Part shown: positions 58,127 through 64,000 of the stretch, in pieces
How the letters are laid out: every line of letters starts with the position of its first letter
How positions within the stretch are numbered: position 1 is the first letter of the stretch
From: an uncultured Gemmatimonadales bacterium
GTDB taxonomy: Bacteria; Gemmatimonadota; Gemmatimonadetes; Longimicrobiales; RSA9
Direction of reading: 5' to 3'
Length of the DNA stretch: 64,000 nt
Assembly: GCA_963783305.1 (NCBI GenBank)
Contig: CAWAMW010000017.1
Span: 64,001 to 128,000, forward strand
Translations under genes and position numbers: made by a program
Notes under the pieces: model-generated
The model's database searches: none
What the model saw: the letters and a program-made list of their open reading frames with translations, nothing else
What the model was told of the DNA's origin: nothing

Positions 58127-58436
58127 GACGACGACGCCCCGTACCCCGACGCTCCTGGCCGTCGCGGCGCTCTGCGCTGCCGCACTCGTTTGCTTCGGGG
58201 TGAGCGGCCTCCTCCGTCGCACCGGCGCACGCCAGCAGCATGGGACAAAGAAGCAGGGGCAGGGTGAGCGTCGATGCGCGTGGGGCGAACCGTGAAGCGT
58301 GCGGCGAGACGAACGGTCCCGCGTCGGCGTCGGGACGAGCGGCGATAACGAGGGACGGAGCGGACCAACCCTCACCGGCCTCCGACCGTCCAACCTAACG
58401 GAATCCATCAGGCAGCCCCCCCGACTCCGGACACCC

Positions 58437-60869
58437 ATGCCATTCCGCCACGCGATCACCACGCTCATTCGACGTCCCGCGTACACGCTGCTGGCCGTGA
58501 CCGCCATGGCCCTGGGCGTGGCCGGAACCACCGCCGTCTACAGCCTGGTCCATCACGTCCTGGTCGAGGGACTCCCGTTCGAAGACCCGGACCGTCTCGT
58601 GACGCCCGACGTGCGCTCGCCCCAGGGCTACGTGATCAGCCTTTCCATTCCGAACTACCAGGACTGGACGCAGCGCAGCCGCGTATTCGACCGGTACGGC
58701 GCGTCTTCCGGGTGGACCGTCGCGCGCCCGCTCGAGGACGGCGGTGCGGAGATCCTGAGCGCACGCGCGGTTCTGGGCGACTTCTTCGCGACGCTTGGTC
58801 TCGAGGCCGCCGCCGGCCGGCTCATTACCGCCCCGGAAACGGAGCCAGGAAGCGCGCCGCTGGCCGTCCTCTCCCACGGCTTCTGGCAGCGCGCCTACGG
58901 CGGCGAGGACGTCATCGGTGAGTCCATCGTGACGGATGAGTTCTCTGCCACCATCGTCGGCATCCTGCCGCCGGGGGCCGGATACCCCTCTCAGAACGTG
59001 GAGCTCTACTTCAACATGGGCGCGCTGTCCGAAAGCCTTCCGTGGAGCGACCGCGACAGTTCCTTCGGGACCCGGATGCTCGGCCGGCTCGCCCCCGGCC
59101 TCACCTTCGATGCGGCGCAGGCGGACCTGAGTCGCGTCGCGCGAGAGGTCGCCGCCGAGGAAGGCGCCCCGGTCGCCACGCCCGAGCTGCGGCCGCTCGA
59201 CGACCTGTTCCTCGGCGAAGTCCGTGGTGGACTCTGGCTCCTCATGGCGGCCGTCGGGCTGCTCCTGCTCATCGCCACGGCCAATGTGGCCAACCTGTCG
59301 CTGGCCCGGGGTGAGGCCCGCGGCCGGGAGCTGGCCGTACGGGCGGCGCTGGGGGCCGACCGGGGCAGCCTGGTCGGCGTGCTCCTCGCCGAGTCGATCG
59401 TCATTGCGGCCGCCGCCGGCGCGCTCGGAGTCGCACTGTCCGCCGCAGCGATCCGGGTACTGCCCGACCTGCTGCCCCTGGACCTGCCGTCGCTCACCGC
59501 GGACCGGATCAGCCTCGACGCGCCCGTCGTAGCGTTCGCTCTCTCCGTCACGGCGCTCAGCGGACTGGTGTTCGGTCTCCTCCCCGCGCTCCGACTCGCC
59601 GGCTCCGATTCGGCCCGCGGCGTCAGCGCCCTGGCCGCGCTCCGACACGGGAACCGACTCGCCGGGGGCCGCAAAGCTCGCCGCCTGCGCGACGGCCTCG
59701 TGGTGACGCAGGTCGCGCTCTCACTCGTCCTGCTCGTCGCCGCGGGACTCCTCACCCGCAGCCTGTCCCGTCTCGGCCAGGTCGATAAGGGGTTCGTGGC
59801 TGAGAACGTCGTGACGGCCGAGATCCAGCTGCCCGACGGAGCGTTCCCCGAGCCCGAGCGGCGGTGGGCGTTCTACGACGAGCTGAAGGCCCGCCTGGAG
59901 GCCGCGTCCGAGGTCGAGTCGGTCGCGATGACGCTCCTGGTCCCCCTGGCCGGCGGATCGTGGGAGCGTCTCATCGCACCGGAGGGCGGCTCCCTCGAGA
60001 GGGTCGACATGGAGTCGGTGCTCTACAACGTGGTGGGCGATGACTACTTCGGCACCCTCGGGATTCCGCTGCGCCGCGGCCGCGCGCTCGGCCCCGCGGA
60101 CCGCGCGGACGGCGCCCCAGTGGTGATCATCGATGAGACCATGGCCGAGCGGTTCTGGCCGGGCGAGGATCCGCTGGGTCAGCGCGTGGCGTTCGAGACG
60201 CCCCAGCCAGGGGACCCGCCGGTCTGGCTCACCGTGGTCGGCGTGGTGGCGAATGTCCGGCACTACGAGCTCGAGAGCCCGAGCCGGATCCAGGCGTGGG
60301 TGCCCATGCGCCAGGTATCCAGGGGCATCAATCTCGATGTAGTCATGCAGGTCCGCGCTGGCGCCGAGGCCGCCGGCATCGGCCTGCTCCGGGGCGCGGT
60401 CGCCGATCTGGCCCCCGGCGCGGCCGTGAGCGACGTCCGCCCTCTGTCCGACATTGTCGACGACCGGCTCGGGCCCGCCCGCTGGCTCGGAACCCTCACG
60501 GCCCTCTTCGCCACCTTCGCCCTGCTCCTGGCCGCGCTCGGCATCTTCGGCGTGCTGTCGCTGGCCGTCGCACGCCGCCGCCGGGAGCTGGGCGTACGGC
60601 TGGCCATCGGGGCCACGCCCGCGGCCGTGGTCCAGCTGGTCGCGGGGTACGCTCTGCTCCTCGCCGGCAGCGGCGTGGCCATCGGCCTCGCCGCTGCCCT
60701 GGCCGCCGGCCGCGTGATGGACTCGTTCCTCTTCGAAATCGGCTCGTTCGACCCGTTGGTGTACGGAACCGTTACCGCCGCGATGCTGCTGCTCGCGCTC
60801 GCCGCCTCGGCCGCGCCCGCGCTACGAGCCGCCGCGACCGACCCCGCCCGGGTCCTGAGAGAGGAGTAG
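58437..60869 (+). CDS. ADOP-family duplicated ABC permease (MacB/FtsX x2)
   Basis: ANVANL..ARG..RGRELAVRAALGA, LVVTQVALSLVLL, RRRELGVRLAIGA and DPARVLREE. Confidence 0.93.
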   Translation: MPFRHAITTLIRRPAYTLLAVTAMALGVAGTTAVYSLVHHVLVEGLPFEDPDRLVTPDVRSPQGYVISLSIPNYQDWTQRSRVFDRYGASSGWTVARPLEDGGAEILSARAVLGDFFATLGLEAAAGRLITAPETEPGSAPLAVLSHGFWQRAYGGEDVIGESIVTDEFSATIVGILPPGAGYPSQNVELYFNMGALSESLPWSDRDSSFGTRMLGRLAPGLTFDAAQADLSRVAREVAAEEGAPVATPELRPLDDLFLGEVRGGLWLLMAAVGLLLLIATANVANLSLARGEARGRELAVRAALGADRGSLVGVLLAESIVIAAAAGALGVALSAAAIRVLPDLLPLDLPSLTADRISLDAPVVAFALSVTALSGLVFGLLPALRLAGSDSARGVSALAALRHGNRLAGGRKARRLRDGLVVTQVALSLVLLVAAGLLTRSLSRLGQVDKGFVAENVVTAEIQLPDGAFPEPERRWAFYDELKARLEAASEVESVAMTLLVPLAGGSWERLIAPEGGSLERVDMESVLYNVVGDDYFGTLGIPLRRGRALGPADRADGAPVVIIDETMAERFWPGEDPLGQRVAFETPQPGDPPVWLTVVGVVANVRHYELESPSRIQAWVPMRQVSRGINLDVVMQVRAGAEAAGIGLLRGAVADLAPGAAVSDVRPLSDIVDDRLGPARWLGTLTALFATFALLLAALGIFGVLSLAVARRRRELGVRLAIGATPAAVVQLVAGYALLLAGSGVAIGLAAALAAGRVMDSFLFEIGSFDPLVYGTVTAAMLLLALAASAAPALRAAATDPARVLREE

Positions 60870-60945
60870 CGTCGGTCGGTGCACAGTCATGTACCGTGTG
60901 CGCCATCGAGCCACCGCTCGAAGTAGCCCGCGGCAGCGACGGTTC

Positions 60946-61857
60946 TCAGTCTGGCTGCTCGGTACGCACGTACAGCCCGACGAAGGTCGTTTGCCAGTTC
61001 GCTCCCCCGTCGGTCGACTGCGTGAAGACCTGGCGCACCGTGTCCGGCGCCACCGCCTCGAAGACCAGTCGCTGCAGGATCGTGTCGCCGCGCTCGTCGA
61101 GCGAAGCCCCCCGGAAGTGCATCGCGCTGTCCCGGAGCTCGCCCTCGGAATAGTCCAGCACGTTGCCGGTGCTGGAGATCCACAGCTGCCGCCATGTGTC
61201 GCGGCTCCGGTCGTAGATGTTCATGCTCTTCCCGGTGCCGCCTCCGGCCGCCGTCCAGTTCTCCAGCAGCATGCACCCGGCGACGTGCCGTTCGACGCGG
61301 TTGTCGCCGAGCTTCCGGCCGCTTCGGGGCTCGACCACGACCCACTCGCCCACCCAGAAATCCAGCTCCCGGAAGGCCGGCTCGTGTTCGCAGGGCGCCG
61401 CGTTCCGCTCGACGCGGGCCAGGATCGACGCCATTCGCGGATGATCCAGGAGCGCGCTCAGCCCCGGGTCGCCGGTGATGGCTCCGGCGCTCCCGAACCC
61501 GTCGTCGGCGAGTCCTTCGAGCTGGTCCAGCGCCAACCCCGTCTCCCCGAGAGCGACCAGCGACCGCACCCGGGCGAACCCCACGTAGACCGGCGGGAAC
61601 CCGTGCCGGGCCGCTGCCTCGAACAGGCGCAGCGCGTCCCGGTCCCGCTCCTGGGCGTGACGCACCCGCCCCAGCCGATACCACGCCATTGCGGTCGTCG
61701 AGTCGGCCTCGAGCACCCGCTCGTAGACGGTCGCCGCCTCCGCCCAGCGCTCCGCCTGGAAATGTTCGTCCGCCTCCTGGAGCGCGCCGGACTGGGCTCC
61801 GGCGGCCGCCGGGGCAGCGATCGCGATGACGAGGATCAGACCTGGGTTGATGTTCAT
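60946..61857 (-). CDS. Exported TPR plus DUF1579-like domain protein
   Basis: Signal peptide, TPR-like helices, and CEHEPAFRELDFWVGEW...GCMLLENW...WRQLW. Confidence 0.78.
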   Translation of the reverse strand: MNINPGLILVIAIAAPAAAGAQSGALQEADEHFQAERWAEAATVYERVLEADSTTAMAWYRLGRVRHAQERDRDALRLFEAAARHGFPPVYVGFARVRSLVALGETGLALDQLEGLADDGFGSAGAITGDPGLSALLDHPRMASILARVERNAAPCEHEPAFRELDFWVGEWVVVEPRSGRKLGDNRVERHVAGCMLLENWTAAGGGTGKSMNIYDRSRDTWRQLWISSTGNVLDYSEGELRDSAMHFRGASLDERGDTILQRLVFEAVAPDTVRQVFTQSTDGGANWQTTFVGLYVRTEQPD

Positions 61858-62393
61858 GGTTCCATTCCTGGAGCGTTCAGATGGGTGGGATGTCGAAGGG
61901 TGCTCGCCGGCTCTCGACGGACCACGCGGGGGCCACTACCGCCTTTAAGCATGCCGGACGAGTCGAGGCCGCGCGTCGGCAGCGGTTCGAGCGGCGACTA
62001 CCGGGGAGGAGCCGTGCAAACGGCACGGCAGCCGGGGATCCGGCGCCGGCCGCGTCGTTACGCTCGGCTTCTACCACTTCCGGCAGCTGCTCTCCCGCGA
62101 TCGTCCGCACATGGCGCGACTCGCCCTGGAGCTCATCCGGTTCACCGACCCCGACTGCACGGCCCTCTGTCCGCGGTTCCAACAGCTTCCGGAAGAGGCC
62201 CGGGGCGGTGATCTGGCGGAGGAGTGCCGGGCGACAGCGGAGTCCGGAACCGGTCCCGACGGGAACGCCGGCGACCAAGGAGACATCCAGGAGGCGTTCC
62301 TCGGGCGTCCAGATAGTGGCGTGGGTCTTACTCCAGGCGAATTCGAGTCCGAGGTCGATGCGGACAACCCGGTGGATCAGCCTCTCGTGGAGC

Positions 62394-62813
62394 CACGGCA
62401 GGTACCTCGATAGCAGCGGCCCCGCCCCCACTTCCTCATCCCAGATCGCGGATGTGATCCAACACCGGCCCTGATACCAGAGCAGCTGGACCGCGTTGAT
62501 CCCCCGGGCGAGGATAATCGGATCCTCCCAGAAGTGCTTGTGATAGGTGCTGAAGACGTACGCGACGTCCCCGCACCGCTCCGTCACCGCCGAGATCTGT
62601 TCCTCCTGAAACCCGCTGTCGTTGGACCGCCGACAACCGTATGCTCGTTGATGATCTCCAAGAACTCGAAAGGCGAGTGGATCACGATCTCGCCTCCCGT
62701 CTGCTCCACGTTCGGGATCAGCCTCGCGGTCGGAATGAACAGCGAAAGATTGCGATCCCAGTCGAAAGGTTCGCCGGGCACCCTCGCTATGGACTCGTAG
62801 GGCGCTCGGACTG
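62394..62813 (-). pseudogene. NTF2/SnoaL-like hypothetical protein remnant, 5'-truncated and frameshifted at about 62622
   Basis: YESIARVPGEPFDWDR...LIPNVEQTGG...VVGGP / NDSGFQEEQI...VFSTY...RGINAVQL...WITSAIWDEE; in-frame TAG upstream and no start codon. Confidence 0.6.
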
Positions 62814-62814
62814 C

Positions 62815-63691
62815 CTAGTGCCTTCCATTCCCGGCTGACCGCACGCGCAGTTGATGGGACGCCTCGATCACATCCTGGCACATACGGACGACGTCGCCCG
62901 ACCTCCCCCCCCCGAGTTCCTGCTGGATGTTGTTGTGCGTTTCACTCATGGCACGATCGAGTTCCGCGAGTTTGGCGCGACCGGCTGGTGTGATCCCATG
63001 AAAGACCTCTCTCGCGTCGTCCTCCCCCGGACTCATCTCCGTCCACCCACATTGTCTCATTCTTCTGAAGGAGGCGCCGGAGGTCTGGTGAAACCGAAAG
63101 AAGGCTTTCTCTGATCGAGACACTACGCAGACCCCCGGGCTCCGCTGCACGCAACATTTTCAGCACCAGGTATTGCGTTCGATTGAGTCCATGCGCCCTG
63201 AGGCGGGGCAGCGTCACTCCCTCGAGCCCGCGTGCGGCCTCCCCGAGTCGGTCGCACACCGCCAGGATCTCCTCGACTCCGCTGGCTTCCAGCGCACTGC
63301 AGATCTTGTCGTACGGGCCCTCCAGCACCTTCACAGTTCCAAGTTTCTCCCGTCCTTTCGGTTCGATTTGGTGGACCATGTACCGGCGATCCTGTGGGTA
63401 TCGCGTCTTGGACGCCCACCGCTCTTCTTCAATACGACGTGCGACTACGCTCATCTCGCGGGATCTGATTCCGAGCGCGTCAGCGAGCTTCGCGAGACGG
63501 CAGCCAACGCTGCCAGCCGATTCAAGGACGGTGAGCACAGTGAACTCGAGGTAGGTTAATCCATGATTGTCGAGGTGCTCCTCCACGATTATGCGGAGGT
63601 CGTTCGCGGCGACCGTCACCGCCAGGAGCGCCGCCTCTCCAGGATGCATTTCTCCTGGCAGACCCAGTCGCTCGCTCAGGACACGCGGCAT
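62815..63691 (-). CDS. Tandem MarR-like winged-helix protein, frameshifted at about 63062
   Basis: HGLTYLEFTVLTVL...DRR...IEPKGRE and HGLNRTQYLVLKML... / GW...DAREVFHGITPAGRAKL form two MarR-like units. Confidence 0.65.
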
Positions 63692-64000
63692 TCTTCCCCC
63701 GCCCGATCTGGTCAACACTCTGGCTCGGATACCAAATGAACTGGACTTGGAGTATGGAACCATCGCTTTGTGACAAGCCGAGTTGGAGGATGCTGAGTTG
63801 CACTGGCGGGGGGTGCGACGATCCAACCCTTACCAGACGGGATCGACGTCGAGACGGGTTCCCGGGTTGAACGCGCCTCCTGCCACCACACGGAGTCCAC
63901 GACTCAGGCGGGGCGAGCGACCTCTCGGGGGGATTGAGTCGCAGCCCCGACGGCCCTGTGGGCAGCCGACCCCGACAAGCAGAAACAGAGGCGGCGCACC

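Noticed and set aside
58127..58294. Hydrophobic reading frame TLLAVAALCAAALVCFGVSGLL after the response regulator
   Set aside because: No start codon or RBS upstream of the hydrophobic stretch; cannot be supported as a gene.
62050..62413. Plus-strand 100-aa ORF / helical fragment
   Set aside because: No convincing start or motif; possibly a remnant but not identifiable.

Overview
High-GC bacterial DNA. The gene content (SusC/SusD pairs, ADOP-type permease, LytS/LytTR pair, many secreted beta-propellers) suggests Gemmatimonadota/Longimicrobiales; this is inference only. 1-33.6 kb looks like core chromosome: partial trkH, a PD40-propeller/MarC fusion, OmpA lipoprotein, hrpB, class V aminotransferase, psd and a CBS protein. 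It also holds a CarH-type B12-photoreceptor-controlled carotenoid cluster (carH-crtI divergent from cruF, a CrtE-CrtB-exported-domain triple fusion, acyltransferase, GT2 and idi), a DUF481 barrel, an S9 peptidase with SusC/SusD, gnd-gntK, deaD and a VPS10/BNR protein. 34.1-47.4 kb is a probable older island carrying a GntR-controlled peptide-utilisation locus (SusC-SusD-M19 dipeptidase-two S9 peptidases-SSS transporter) and a possible integrase stub. At 47.6 kb is the 3' half of tRNA-Arg(CCG), an att site with arm-like repeats. It is the left end of a second island running past 64 kb, which carries a LytS/LytTR system, AlgR-like CCG(T/C)TCG(T/C)C boxes upstream of most neighbouring genes, and a candidate structured sRNA beside the two-component genes. 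Two small intergenic repeat elements and many single-base frameshifts (decay or long-read error) were also seen. No rRNA, complete tRNA or CRISPR array was found.
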